A model generated the notes under the pieces. The model was not told the DNA's origin and did not search any database. It was given only the letters and a program-made list of their open reading frames with translations. From Malacoraja senta (taxonomy: Eukaryota), in contig CM075992.1 of assembly GCA_038087875.1 (NCBI GenBank), forward strand, positions 9,054,001 through 9,118,000: 64,000 bases of DNA. The letters run 5' to 3'. Of the stretch, positions 1 through 13,286 are shown piece by piece. The translations under genes and the position numbers were made by a program. Each line of letters begins with the position of its first letter. The stretch's first letter is position 1.

Positions 1-24
1 CCTGCACGCTCCACTCTCGCTAGA

Positions 25-311
25 TTTTAATTTAGAGATACAGCATGGAAACAGGCCTTTGGGCCCACCGAGTCCGCACTGACCCGTTCACCAGTTCTAT
101 CCTGCACACTAGGAACAATTTACAGAGGGCCAATTAACCTACAAACCGGTGTGTCTTTGGAGCGTGGGAGGAAACCGGAGAACCCGGAGAAAACCCACGC
201 GGGTCACAAAAGGAGAACGTACAGACTCCGTACAGACAGCACCCGTAGTCAGGATTGAACCGGGCTCTCTGTCGCCGTGAAGCAGCAACTCTACCGCTGC
301 GCCACCGTGCC
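25..311 (-). mobile_element. tRNA-derived V-SINE (HE1-like)
   Basis: Reverse complement gives a tRNA-like head (GGCACGGTGGCGCAGCGGTAGAGTTGCTGC...CCGGTTCAATCC), the V-domain core (GTTCTCC...GCGTGGGTTTTCTCCGG...TTTCCTCCCAC) and a CR1-type tail (GGCCTGTTTCCATGCTGTATCTCTAAA). About 20 similar copies occur in the window. Confidence 0.85.
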
Positions 312-1821
312 GTCCTCAGCTAGTTATGGTTTTAAAGGAACACAACCCTTCTTTGCCTCCAACTCCATGGGTTGTAGGTTTGAGATCCACTCCAGGGATT
401 TGAACACACTAATCCTACTGACACCTAGTGGCCTAGAGCTGCTGCCTGGCAGCGCCAGAGATCCGCGCTCGATGCTGACCTCTGGTGCTGTCTGTGTGGA
501 GTTGGCACGTTTCAATGTGACCGTGTGGGTTTCCTCCAGGTCCTCCTCTCACTTCACAAAGACGTGCGGATTTGTGCGTTAATTGGCTTCTGATAATTGT
601 CCTGAAAAATGTGTGGCCTAGATGGGGCATCTTGGTTAGCACGGGTAAGATGGGCCGAAGAGCCTGTTTCTGTATTTTGTGACTCTGTGACTCCAAGCTA
701 GAAGGGTCTCAACCCGAAACGTCACCCATTCCTTCTCTCCGGAGATGCTGCCTGTCCCGCTGAGTTACTCCAGCGTTTTGTGTCTATCTTCGGTTTAAAT
801 CAGCATCTGCAGTTCCTTCCTACACACTCCAATCTATCTCTGGGTTCACGAATGTCGCCAACCTTCCTACTAACTGCGGCATCCCTACTCACTGCTCCAC
901 CATAACTGCTGTGTTGGCTGGATTCGCTGAACACTGGGAAACAAACTCAGATCACCATGCCTGCTTCCCCATTGATTAAAACCAAGGCCCACCTTTTCCA
1001 AAACCAAGGCTCCACACTCCTGGAACAGCCCCATACCCCTGGTCCCCACACATCGAAAATGGGTGGCACGGTGGTGCAGCGGTAGAGATGCTGTCTTGTA
1101 GCGCCAGAGACCCAGGTTCAAACCTGCCTACAGCTGCTGTCTGCATGGAGTTTGTACGTTCTCCCCCTGACCATGTGGGTGTTAGACAATAGACAATAGG
1201 TGCAGGAGTAGGCCATTCGGCCCTTCGAGCCAGCACCGCCATTCAATGTGATCATGGCTGATCATCCCCAATCAGTACCCCGTTCCTGCCTTCTCCCCAT
1301 GTCCCCTGACTCTGCTATTTTTAAGAGCCCTATCTAGCTCTCTCTTGAAAGCATCCAGAGAACCTGCCTCCACCGCCCTCCGAGGCAGAGAATTCCACAG
1401 AGAATTTTCTCCGGGGTGCTCCGGTTATCTCCCACACTTAAAGGGTTTAGCAACCGAGAGATCAGGTAGGTCCAGGTGTACGGGTACAGACTCAAGGGCC
1501 TGTTTCCACGCTGTACCTCTACACGAAACTAAAAGGAATAGTGAAGGGCAGCAGAGCCCAGAGTGGGTGTGAAGAGTACAGGGAGCGAAGGATTGGGTGG
1601 TGCACTCTTCCAGAGAATCACCACAGGCAGGATGGGCTGAAAAGCCTCTTCATTTCGTTTAGAGATACACCGTGCGAACAGGCCCTTCGGCCCACGATGT
1701 CCACGCCAACCAGCGATGGTCCATATCAGGAATGAACTGTTAGAGGAATCTATAGTAATATAGATACAATTATGGTGTTTTAAAAGACGTGATTATATAT
1801 ATATTTCCTCCTGATGCTCTG

Positions 1822-2138
1822 GTTTAGTTTAGAGATACAGAGTAGAAACATGCCTTTCGGCCCACCGGGTCCGCGCCGACCAGCGATCCCCGCACATTAA
1901 CACTATCCTACACACATTAGGGACAATTTTTACATTAACCAATCCAATTAACCAGAAAGCCTGCACGTCTTTGGAGTGTGGGAGGAAACCGGAGATCATG
2001 GAGAAAACCCACGCAGGGTCACGGGGAGAACGTACAAACTCCGTACAGACAGCACCCGTAGTCGGGATCGAACCCGTGTCTCCGGTGCTGCATTCGCTGT
2101 AAGGCAACAACTTTACCGCTGCGCCACCGTGACCGCCC
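1822..2138 (-). mobile_element. V-SINE (HE1-like), full length
   Basis: Same head/core/tail arrangement, ending in CTAAACTAAA. Confidence 0.85.
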
Positions 2139-2787
2139 ACTGGACCAAGGACATATTCGGTGTCCTCCCACATCCCAAAGACGTGCGGGTTTGTGGGTTA
2201 ATTGGCCCTCTGTAAATTGCCCCTAGTGTGCAGGGAGTGGGTGAGAAAGTGGGATAACATGGAATTAGTGTGAACAGGGTGATCGATGCTCTGCGTGAAC
2301 TCAATGGGCCGAAGGGCCTGTTTCCGTGCTGTATCTCCAAACTAAACTTCAGGAGATTCTCGCTGCAGCCGGGCGACCAGAACTGAACAGTGCAACACGG
2401 TGGCGCAGCGGTAGAGTTGCTGCCTCACAGCGACAGAGACCTGGTTTCCATCCTGACCACTGGTGCTGTCTGTACGGAGTTTGTACGCTCACCCTGTGGC
2501 CGCGTGGGTGCTCCGGTTTTCTCCCACAGGCGTACAGGTTTGTCGGTTAATTGACCCTCTGTAAATGACCTCTCGTGTGTAGGGGGTGGAAGAGAAAGTG
2601 GGATAACATAGAACTCGTGTGAACCGGTGATCGATGGTCGGAAGCAATTTGATGGGCCGAAGGGCCTATTTCCATGCTATTTCCATCTCTAAACTAAATT
2701 TGCTATAGCTGGCCGACCAGAATTACTCCCCTACTCCGGGGGTGGTCTCACCAGTAATACCCCATGATTGTCATTTTTATTGTGAAG

Positions 2788-2949
2788 TTTGAAAGATTCT
2801 GCATGTTTTGGTGCATTTCATGCCTTGGAATGTGTCTTTGGTCCAGTGGGGAACCCATTCAGTGGAACAAACCTCCATACGGTGATGCAGGAGCTGGATG
2901 CTGACATTGGGAAGAGTTTTCTGAAGGAAGAGATTCTAAGCACCTACAG
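2788..2949 (+). CDS. Probable internal exon of an unidentified gene (LKDSACFGAFHALECVFGPVGNPFSGTNLHTVMQELDADIGKSFLKEEILSTYR)
   Basis: Unique 162-nt segment between a T-rich acceptor (tttttattgtgaag) and a CAG|gtttgt donor. Only the phase 2-2 frame is open. No family recognised. Confidence 0.5.
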
Positions 2950-3166
2950 GTTTGTGCCTCCACCTTTCTAAGATCTCGTGGAGTGGGTCGGGCGGCACGG
3001 TGGCGCAGCAGAGGCCGGTTGGCCTCAATATCAGAGCCAAAGGTTAAGCCAATTCTTACACTTGGTCAGTGAGACTCAGCACGATTGGTGATGTCGGGGG
3101 ATGGGGAGATTGTGGGGGAGGGGAGTGTAGTTTGTCCTGTGCATTCTAAAGTCTGCTGCTTTAAAC

Positions 3167-3558
3167 CAAAGATCCTATAGCGAGCAAGATAGATCACTCG
3201 ACCAAAAAGACGTAGTACGGTCATGGGCAGATTCAAGGGTAATTTTAGGCCCCATTTCCGTAGCCGGCTTCCGTCTCCGCACCAAAGATCCCATAGGATA
3301 ACAGTGCAGAGACGGAAGCCGGTTACGGAAACATCCTCGCAAAAATGAAAGTTATTTGGTAAAAATCTTCTCCTCATTTTCAGAATTATAATTTATCAAC
3401 ACAAACAGTCCCCCCGCAACGTTGATTACACTGCGAGTCGGGTCGGGTCGGGTTACTGAAATGGATGAAAAAAAAGGCTCACGGTCCACTCCGTTGCGTA
3501 CTACACGTCAGCCCATTGCATTTAGCAGGAGTGGTCCATCTAAACTATAGGATCTTTG
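3167..3558. mobile_element. Non-autonomous hAT-like MITE (CAAAGATCCTATAG family)
   Basis: TIRs CAAAGATCCTATAG / CTATAGGATCTTTG; 8-bp flanks ctttaaac / gtttaaac. Related copies at 6131-6386 and 21106-21820. Confidence 0.8.
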
Positions 3559-3714
3559 GTTTAAACTGGTTTACAACCTGGCAACGAGGCATTGGGTGGT
3601 GCAGCGGTAGAGTTGCTGCCTCACGGCGCCAGAGACCCGGGTTCGATCCTGACTATGGGTGGTTGACTGTACGGAGTTTATACGTTCTCCCCGTGACCGC
3701 CTGGGTTTTCTAAG

Positions 3715-4120
3715 AGACAATAGACAATAGGTGCAGGAGTAGGCCATTCGAGCCAGCACCGCCATTCGATGTGATCATGGCTGATCATCCGCAATCTGTA
3801 CCCCGCTCCTGCCTTCTCCCCATATCCCCTGACTCCGCTATCTTTAAGAGCCCTATCTAGCGCTCTCTTGAAAGTATCCAGAGAACCGGCCTCCACCGCC
3901 ATCTGAGGCAGAGAATTCCACAAACTCACAACTCTCTGTGTGAAAAAGTGTTTCCTCATCTCCGTTCTAAATGGCTTACCCCTTATTCTTAAACTGTGAC
4001 CCCTGGTTCTGGACTCCCCCAACATCGGGAACATGTTTCCTGCCTCTAGCGTGTCCAAACCCTTAATAATCTTATATGTTTCAATAAGATTCCCTCTCAT
4101 CCTTCTAAACTCCAGAGTAC
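3715..4120 (-). mobile_element. CR1-clade LINE 3' fragment inserted in a V-SINE
   Basis: Encodes TLEFRRMRGNLIETYKIIKGLD...HFFTQRVVSLWNSLP, the CR1 ORF2 C-terminus, followed by a 3' UTR and (CTATTGT)n tail. Confidence 0.85.
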
Positions 4121-5817
4121 AGAGAAAGAGATCTTCTCTTTCCTCCCACACTCCAAAAACATACTTGGCTTGGTATAAATGTCAATTTACACGAGTGTGT
4201 GTAGGATAGTGCTAGTGTGCAGGGATTACTAGTCGGTACAGACTTGGTGGGTGAAGGGCCTATTTCCACGCTGTATCTCTAAACTAAATTAAACTAAATC
4301 TCCCCTTCAGGGTGTACCGTCCCTCCAACAACCATATTTAGAAGCAGGTGAAGCAGGTTATCTGATGTTCATAAGTTCATAAGTTATCGGAGCAGAATTA
4401 GGCCATTCGGCCCATCAAGTCTACTCCACCATTCAATCATGGCTGATCTATCTCTCCCTCCTAACCCCATTCTCCTGCCTTCTCCCCGTAACCCCTCACA
4501 CCCGTACTAATCAAGAATCTATCAATCTCCGCCTTAAAAATATCCACTGACTTGGCCATGAATTCCACAGATTCACCACCCTCTGACTAAAGGAATTCCT
4601 CCTCATATCCTTTTGTAAAGTTTTTCTTATATTCTGAGGCTATGGTCTCTGGTCCTAGACTCTCCTACTAGTGGAAACATCTCATAGACCTTAGTACTTT
4701 GAGAAATCAATATTCATACCACTGGGGTGTAAGCTGCCCAAGACAAATATGAGGTGGTGTTCCTCCAATTTGCGTTTGGCCTCACGCTGACAATGGAGGA
4801 GGCCCAGGACAGACAGGTCAGTGTGGGAATGGGAAGGGGAATTAAAGTGTTTGGCAACCAGGAGATCAGTTAGGTCCAGGCAGACTGAGCGAAGGTGTTC
4901 AGTGAAACGATCGCCCAGTCTATGTTTGGTCTCGCCGATGTATATGGCGGAAGGTCCATATTCAGGCTGGAGGCCTGTGACCAGTGGAGTTCCGCAGGGA
5001 TGGGCAGCTTACCACCCAGTGGTATGAATACTGAGTTCTCTAATTAAGTAACCATTGCATGCCATCTTTCCCCATCCCTCCCCCACCCCTCGCACCAGTT
5101 TCTCGTTCTCACCTAGCAAACAGCTCACCTGGAAACAATGGACTGTTTCCTTTATCATCGTTACTTTTTTGCATATCTTTCATACATTTGTTCTTTATCT
5201 CTCTACATCGCTGTTTATATCTCGCTTTTCCCTTTCCACTGACTCTCAGTCTGAAGAAAGGTCACCTATTCCTTCTCTCCAGAGATGCTGCCTGTCCCGC
5301 TGAGTTACTCCAGCTTTTTGTGTCTGTCTTCAGTGTAAACCAGCATCTGCAGTTCCTTCCTACACATGCAGCAGCCAAATTGGGCCCAGCAATAAGGGCT
5401 AGATGCTACGTGGGTCTTGTGTCTTTTCACAGGGATCTGTGCTGGGATGAATATTAATGACCTACATTTAAACGTTGGTGATCAAGTTTGCTGACGAAAC
5501 CAAAATGGGAGGAGTTGCAGACAGTGAGGACTGCTGTCAGAAGATACAGTGGGGTGTAGATCAGCTCCAGAGTGGGCAGAGAAATGGCAGTGGAGTTTAC
5601 GAGCAAGTGTGAGGAGTTGCACCTCCGGAGTAAACGTCCAAAGGCCTTAACAGCATTGAAGTGCAGGGGGATCTTGGAGTCCACGTTCATAGCTCAGTGG
5701 AGTTTAGTTTAATTTAGAGATACAGCGCGAAAACAGGCCCTTTGGCCCACACGAGTCCTCACGACCACTGGTCCCCACACATTAACACTATCCTACACCC
5801 AATAGGGACAATTCTTA

Positions 5818-6040
5818 NNNNNNNNNNNNNNNNNNNNNNNNNNNNNNNNNNNNNNNNNNNNNNNNNNNNNNNNNNNNNNNNNNNNNNNNNNNNNNNNNNN
5901 NNNNNNNNNNNNNNNNNNNNNNNNNNNNNNNNNNNNNNNNNNNNNNNNNNNNNNNNNNNNNNNNNNNNNNNNNNNNNNNNNNNNNNNNNNNNNNNNNNNN
6001 NNNNNNNNNNNNNNNNNGGGGGGGGGGGGGGGGGGGGGGT

Positions 6041-6094
<54 letters not shown>

Positions 6095-6132
6095 GGGGGG
6101 GGGGGGGGGGGGGGGGAGGGGGGGGGGGGGGG
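5818..6132. other. Assembly gap (200 N, 5818-6017) followed by a poly-G tract
   Basis: Seen directly. The near-pure G run at a contig edge is probably low quality. Confidence 0.95.
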
Positions 6133-6459
6133 AACAGTTTGTGTTAATAAATTATAATTCTGAAAATGAGGAGAAGATTTTTACCAAAGAACTTTTATTT
6201 TTACGAGGATGTTTCCGTAACCGGCTTCCGTCTCCGCACTAGTTATCTTTGCTCCGCTATGGGATCTTTGGTGCGGAGACGGAAGCCGGTTACGGGAATG
6301 GGGCCGAAAATTACCCATGAATCTGCCCATGACCGTACTACGTCATTTTCGTCGAGTGATCCATCTTGCTCGCCATAGGATCTTTGCTACACAGTGCCGC
6401 CCTCAAACAGAAGGCAGATAGATGTCATTTGGTGAAGCCTTGCTTGTCTTTGCTTGCAG

Positions 6460-6854
6460 ACGAGGCGCTGCTGATGTACCAGCAAGTTCTGCAGGCCACA
6501 CTCGAGAGAGAAAGTTGCCCAGTGCCGTCCGGTTTTCTGGAGGTTGCCCTGAGCAAGATCCAAGCGGCTGTTGGTGGAGTTGGTGGAAGGGCCAGCGTCG
6601 ACCAGCTGCAGGATGTCGCTGTGATGTGCCGGGCTGTGGCTGATGTGGTCAGCTGGGAGATTCACGCTCTGTGCCCTGAGGTGGAGTCGCTGCTGCAGTC
6701 CCTCGACAAGGTCGGCAGCATGTTGCAGGCAACCACCACGGCACCGCATGCACTGGGGCCTGGCGCCGCGGCAGCGGTGAGCACTGGACCCTGCACTGGC
6801 AGAGAATCTCCACCGCTGATCTTCAGCAGCAGGGAAGCTCTGGACAGCTGGTGA
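6460..6854 (+). CDS. Probable terminal coding exon of an unidentified gene (DEALLMYQQVLQATLERESCPVPSGFLEVALSKIQAAV...EALDSW*)
   Basis: Strong acceptor ttgtctttgcttgcag; unique GC3-rich codons (CTG/GTG/CAG); helical-looking ~131-aa phase-1 frame ending in TGATGA. Confidence 0.6.
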
Positions 6855-7216
6855 TGACATGAATGATGCGCGCTACATATCCCAAAGAGGAACAGCCGCA
6901 CCGAACGTCCACTTTGCTGATTTACTTCAAGCCACTCGATGAACTGCAGGGAACGGCCATGTCATAAGTGATAGGCGCAGAATTAGGCCATTCGGCCCAT
7001 CAAGTCTACTCCGCCATTCAATCATGGCTGATCTATCTCTCCCTCCTAACCCCATTCTCCTGCCTTCTCCCCATAACCCCTGACACCCGTACTGATCAAG
7101 AACGGTGGTTGAATTCAAAGTCTTAATAATGCATATTGTGACAGTGTCATTTTAATATATACTTTGCAGCAGTTTACTCTTCTCGGAGACACAAAATCTG
7201 TCGTTCTGTAGCCAAA

Positions 7217-7660
7217 CATAGAAACATAGAAACATAGAAAATAGGTGCAGGAGGAGGCCATTCGGCCCTTCGAGCCAACACCGCCATTCATTGTGGTCAT
7301 GGCTGATCATCCCCAATCAATAACCCTGCCTGCCTTCTCCCCATATCCTTGATTCCACCAGCCCCTAGAGCTCTATCTAACTCTCTCTTAAATCCATCCA
7401 CTGATTTGGCCTCCACTGCCCTCTGTGGCAGGGAATTCCATAAATTCACAACTCTCTGGGTGAAAACGTTTTTTCTCACCTCAGTCCTAAATGGCCTCCC
7501 CTTTATTCTAAGACTGTGGCCCCTGGTTCTGGACTCGCCCAACATTGGGAACATTTTTTCCTGCATCTACCTTGTCCAGTCCTTTTATAATTTTTATATG
7601 TTTCTATAAGATCCCCCCTCACCCTTCTAAGCTCCAGTGAATACAAGCCTAGTCTTTTCA
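7217..7660 (-). mobile_element. CR1-clade LINE 3' fragment
   Basis: [42 protein letters not shown] plus (CTATGTTT)n tail. Confidence 0.85.
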
Positions 7661-8957
7661 ACATATAAAATTTATGTTTGCATCAATGAATGGGATGTCC
7701 TTTACGTTTATTATTATTATGTTTATTATTGTCACGTGTAATGAGCTACAGTGAAAAGCTTTGTTTTGCTATGTAATCAGATCAGATGTACCACACATAG
7801 ATACAATCAGTGCCAAACTCAAGTCCAATAGGTAGAGCAAAGGGGAAGATACAGAGTGCAGAATATAGTTCTCAGCATTGTAGCGCATCAGTTCCACAGA
7901 CAAAGTCCAATGTCTGCAATAGGGTAGAGGTGAATTGGACAGTACCCTAGCTGATAGAAGGACCGTTCAGAAGCCTGATAACAGAGGGGAAGAAGCTGTT
8001 CCTGAGTCTGGTGGTGCCGCTTTCAAGCTTCTGTATCTTCTGCCGGACGGGAAGCAATTCCTCATAAAGTGCATTTATTCTTTGTGTTTCATTTCCAGTT
8101 AATATCCCAAAGGTGTATCCTCTCTATATAAACAATAAGAAATATATCAATGCTTTGATGAGAATGAACAAGGAGTGATTAGTAAATTTGCAGAAGACAC
8201 TAATTTAAATGCTAAGTGATAGTGAAGATGGTTATTAAAAATGGCCGCACGCTCTTGATCAGTTTATTCAAGAGCTGTTATCGGTTAACTGAAACGTCCT
8301 CGAGTGGGCTGAGGAATGGTTAATGGAGTTCAATCCTGATTACTGTGAGGAGTTGAATTTGGGAAGTCAAGCCAGGGCAGGACCTTCACAGTGAATGGCA
8401 GGGCTCTGGGGAGTGTTACAGAGCAGAGAGACCTAAGCTTCCAAGAAGTGTAGGAAAGAACATGGTTTCAATCGAGGATAGACACAAATGCTGGAGTAAC
8501 TCAGCTGGGACAGGCAGCATCTCTGGAGAGAAGGAATTACAAGAACATGGTTCCCTGAAAGTGGTGTCATAGTAAAAGAAGGCTTTTGGTACATTGGCTT
8601 CATCAGACACGGTATTGAATGCCAAACATTTTAACTCCCCCTCCCAACCCACACTGACCTTTCTATCCTGGGCCTCCTCCACTGTCAGAGTGAGGCCCAG
8701 CGCACATTGGAGGAACAGCTCCTCATATTTGCTTGGGCAGCTTACACCCCAGCGGTATGAACATTGACTTCCCTAACCAAGTAATCCTTGCTTTCCCTCT
8801 CTCTCCATCCCTCCCCCTTCCCAGTCTCCGACCAGCCTTACTGTCTCTGGCTACATTTTATCTCTGTTTGCTTTGTTGTTACCTTCTCCCAACTAACAGT
8901 GATCTATTCTACATTTTCCTTGATCTCCATTCCCTTTGTCTATTTTCACACCTAACT

Positions 8958-9805
8958 CCATTCAATTCAATTCAATTCTTTATTGTCATCTTGCAAGCAA
9001 CAGTTGTGCAGTGCAAAACGAAAAGACGTTTCCCAGGGAATACCGGAGCATCGCACATGACGTTTAAAACATTTCACACATAATGACACTAAAAACAATC
9101 CAGTCCCTGATGGAACAGTATAAGTTAAAATAGATACAAACAACGTTAAAGTACAGTAAGACCAATAATAAACATGTCCGGGGTGGCTGATTTGAGTGGC
9201 CAGTGCCAGTTATTGAAGTGGCCAGTGCAGTTATTATAGTGTCCGTGCCAAGCTGCAGAATCAGGTGACTGTGAGTACAGAGTGGCTGTTTAGCAGCCTC
9301 ACAGCATATGGCAGGAAGCTGTTTAGCAGTCTTGTAGTCCGGGCTTTGATGCTGCGATATCTCTTGCCTGATGGCAGGAGATCCAGGTGTATGTGGAGGG
9401 GGGTGCATTTTGTCCTTGGCAATTTTTTGAGCTTTTTTTCCGACAGCGGCTCAGGAACAGTTCTTGTACCGAGGGTAGGAGACGCCAATGATCTTCTCTG
9501 CTCCCCTCACTACCCTCTGCAGAGCCTTCCCTGTCCGAGCAGTTGCAGGTGGAGTACCACGTATTTAAACAGTACGTGAGTACAGACTACAGACTCCACC
9601 GTACCCCTGTAGAAAGTCCTGAGGATGTTGGTGGGGGAGTGAGGCCTGTTTTAGTTTCCTCAGGAAGTGCAGTCGCTGATGGGCCCTTTTGACGGTCCCA
9701 GTGGTGTTTCTGGACCAGGTGAGGCTGTCCGTAATTTGCACCCCGAGGAACTTTATGCTCTCCACTCTCTCCACTATGGCGCCACTGATGTTAAGGGGTG
9801 CATGC
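8958..9805 (-). mobile_element. Rex1/Babar-clade LINE 3' fragment
   Basis: VERVESIKFLGVQITDSLTWSRNT...KRAHQRLHFLRKLK and LLPSGKRYRSIKARTTRLLNSF; 3' end TGACAATAAA(GAATT)n. Confidence 0.8.
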
Positions 9806-11922
9806 AACACTTCCTTATCTATGTATCTCCCTCTCCCTTGACGTCAGTCTGAAGAAGGGTTTCAACCCGAAACATCACCCCTTCCTTCTCTCCAGAGATG
9901 CTGCCTGTCCCACTGGGTTACTCCAGCATTTTGTGCCTACCTTCTATTGAATATAGAAGTTGTGATGTTGGTGAGACCACATACTGGTTTCAGTTCTGGT
10001 CACCCAGCTACAGGAAGGATGCCATTAAACTGGAAAGAGTTCAGATGAGATATACAAGGATGCTGCCAGGACTCCAGGGCCTGAGCTATAAGGAGAGGTT
10101 TGGCAGGCTAGGATTTTATTACTTGGTGCGGAAGGCTGAGGGGTGATCTTATAGAGGCGTATGAAAATGATGAGGGGACTAAATGGGGTGAATGCACAGA
10201 GTCTTTTACCCAGAGTAGGATAATCAAGAACCAAAGGACAAGGGTTTAAGGTGAGAGGGGCAAGATTTAATAGGAGCTTGACGCGGGATTTCTTTTTCAC
10301 ATATGTATGGAACCAACAGCCAGAGGAGGCAGCTACTATAACAGCAGTTAAAGACATTTGCACAGTACATGGACAGGAATGGTTTCGAGGGATATGGGCC
10401 AAACGCACGTAAATGGGACTAGTGTAGATGGGGCACATTGGTCGGCAGGGATGAGTTGGGCCGAAGGGCCTGTTATGACTCTGTGGCACTGTCACTCTGT
10501 TTCAACGCGTATGGGTCTGCAGAAGAGTCCCGACCCGAAACATCACCCATCCTTTTTCTCCAGAGATGCTGCCTGATCTGCTGAGTTACTCCAGCACTTT
10601 GTTTGTATCTTTGCTACAACCCAGCATCTGCAGTTCTTTGTTTCTACATTTTAGCACATTTCAAAACTGCGTCTCCCTGGCAACGGCTGGCCTGTGACAA
10701 GTAAGTATAGAAGTTAGGAGGTCATGTTGCAGTTATATAAGACGTTGGTGAGGCCACATTTAGACTATTGTGTCCAGTTTTGGACACCATGTTATCGGAA
10801 AAATGTTGTCAAGCTGGAAAAGGTGCAGAGAAGATTTACAAGGATGTTGCCAGGACTCAAGGGAATAAGCTATAGGGCGAGGTTGAGCAGGCTGGGACTC
10901 TATTTCTTGGAGCACAGGAGGATGAGGGGTGATGTTATAAAGGGGTACAAAATCATGAGAGGAATAGATCGAGTAAATGCATTGAGCCTTTTGCCCAGAA
11001 TCGAGAACCAGCGAACATAGATATAAGGTGCACTTAGTTTAGTTTAGAGATTCAGCGCGGAAACAGGTTTTTCGACCCAATGAGTCTGTGTGAACCCTGC
11101 ACATTAACATTGTCCTACACACACTAGGGACAATTTACAATCTTTAGCAAAGCCAATTAACCTACAAACTGTACGTCTTTGGAGTGCAGGAGGAAACCGA
11201 AGATCCTGGAGAAAACCCATCTGGTGGATCACGGGGAGAACTTACAAACTCCGTACAGACAGCACCGATAGTCAGGATTGAACCCAGGTCTCTGGCGCTG
11301 TGAGGCAGCAACTCTACTGCTGCGCCACCATGTCTCCCTATAAAATCATGAGAGGAATTGATCGGGTAAACACACAGAGTTTCTTGCCCACCAGAGTGGG
11401 TGAATAGGGAACCAGAGGACATAGGTTTAAGGTGAAGGGGAAAAGATTTAATAAGAACCTGAGTGGTAACCTTTTCACACAAAGGGTGGTGGGTGTATGG
11501 AACGAGCTGCTCCAGGTAGTTGAGGCAGGTACTAAAATAACATTTAAAAAACAGACTGGTCCATGGATAGTGTAGGAAGGAACTGCAGATGCTGGTTTAA
11601 ACCGAAGATAGACACAAAATGCTGGAGTAACTCAGCGGGACAGGCAGCATCTCTGGAGAGATGGATGGGTAATGTTTCGGGTCGAGACCCTTCTTCAGAC
11701 TCTTGAATCTGAAGAATTTCCTCCAGTTTAAATTCCATCTGGAATATTTTTGGAGGACCAAGATTCAAGAAGAGGAATCCAAGAATTTTGTGTCTATCTT
11801 AGGTATGTGGATAGGACAGGGTTTGGAGGTAGACAAAAATGCTGGAGAAACTCAGCGGGTGAGGCAGCATCTATGGAGCGAAGGAAATAGGCAACGTTTC
11901 GGGTTGAGACCCTTCTTCAGAC

Positions 11923-11945
11923 CAAAGATCATAGTATAATCTTTG
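11923..11945. mobile_element. 23-bp hAT-MITE remnant with perfect 8-bp TSD
   Basis: cttcagac|CAAAGATCATAGTATAATCTTTG|cttcagac; termini match the CAAAGAT family. Confidence 0.7.
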
Positions 11946-12099
11946 CTTCAGACTGTGGGCCAAACGCAGGCATGTGGGACTAGTGTAGCTGGGACATGTT
12001 GGTGGGTGTGGGCAAGTTGGGCCGAAGGGCCTGTTTCGCCGGCTGTATCAGTCTAAGTGACAAGTGTATCTGTTGCCCCGTGTTGGTTAAACCAGGGCT

Positions 12100-12370
12100 G
12101 GTCTATCTACGCTGGTGAGGACAACAATGAGGAATAAGAGGACCTTCGAGGCGCCGACCAATGGAAGGCGGCGTCTCTTGTCCCCGCCGCCTGTTGCTGG
12201 GTGGGCCGGAATGAGAGGGCGGCGCTGATTGGCTGCGGGAGGGGGCGTTCGCTACAATAATCGGCTACATATTCAGGTGGCAAGTTGAACGCCGAGTGTC
12301 CGCGGCTGCTCCTATCCCCCGGTGTATCTGTCTGTCTAGGGGCCACACGTCAGCCCCTCTAGCATCCACC
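12100..12370 (+). promoter_or_regulatory. GCDH: GCDH CpG-rich promoter / 5' UTR
   Basis: Non-repeat CpG-rich region just upstream of the ATG: CCAAT 12158-12162, GGGCGG 12217-12222, inverted CCAAT (ATTGG) 12228-12232, Kozak context CCACCATGG. Confidence 0.7.
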
Positions 12371-12473
12371 ATGGCCCTGCTGAGAGCGGGTCGCGGGTTC
12401 CTGCTGCCCGCCAGGTTGACTGCGGCGGCGGGCGGCTGCGTCAGGACACAGGGGACGGTGGAGGCGCTGAGAG
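12371..12473 (+). CDS. GCDH: GCDH coding exon 1 (mitochondrial transit peptide)
   Basis: MALLRAGRGFLLPARLTAAAGGCVRTQGTVEALR is an Arg/Ala/Leu-rich presequence; donor GAG|gtgagc, phase 1. Confidence 0.85.
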
Positions 12474-12735
12474 GTGAGCGGCCCTCGCCTTGCATGGCGG
12501 CTTCCTATTTATAGTCCTCACTCGTGAGGGACATAATACCTCAGTATGCTTGTGTCCTTGATTAGACTCTGATCAAGGTGATTAATACGGGTGTCAGGGG
12601 TTATGGGGAGAAGGCAGGAGAATGCGGTTGGAGTAGACCTGATGGGCCGAAGAGCCTCATTCTGTTCCTCATTCTGTTCCAGAGTAATAGGAACAGAAGA
12701 GCCTCATTCTGTTCCTATTACTCATGACCTTATGA

Positions 12736-13286
12736 CAGGGGTTCCCAACCTGGGGTAAATTTTTGCCTAACCCAGGGGGTAAATTTGTTGATTCTGGATG
12801 TGTACATAGTTGGATGTGTACATCTTATATCTGGCTGTGTACATCTTAGAATAAAGGGGAGGTCATTTAAGACTGAGGTTTCACCCAGAGAGTTGTGAAT
12901 TTGTGGAATTCCCTGCCGCAGAGGCCAGTGGAGGCTAAGTCACTGGATGGATTTAAGAGAGAGTTAGATAGAGCTCTAGGGGCCAGTGGAGTCAAGGGAT
13001 ATGGGGAGAAGGCAGGCATGGGGTACTGATTGGGGACGATCAGCCGTGATCACAATGAATGGCGGTGCTTGCTCGAAGGGCAGAATGGCCTTCTCCTGCA
13101 CTTATTTTCTATGTCTATGTTTCTATGTGCATATGTGTACATATTTTTTCTCATTGACTGACTGTGTTTGGTTCTGGTATACTGGTATCTGTTCATCATT
13201 AATTGTTCATAAATTAGTGAAATAACATTGTTATGTGCTATTAAAGTTGCCAGGGTAAACGGGACGAAAATTTTTGTGAATCCCTG
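12736..13286. mobile_element. hAT (Charlie-like) MITE with nested CR1 fragment
   Basis: Termini CAGGGGTTCCCAAC / degenerate TTTGTGAATCCCTG; 8-bp flanks ccttatga / ccttctga; CR1 3' piece at about 12845-13130. Confidence 0.6.

Noticed and set aside
4311..4347. Possible 37-nt linking exon for the unidentified upstream gene
   Set aside because: Entered in the required phase 2 it hits a TAG; only a phase-0 entry gives a phase-1 exit.
5742..6242. 166-aa glycine-rich ORF
   Set aside because: Made of the N gap and the poly-G tract at a contig edge.
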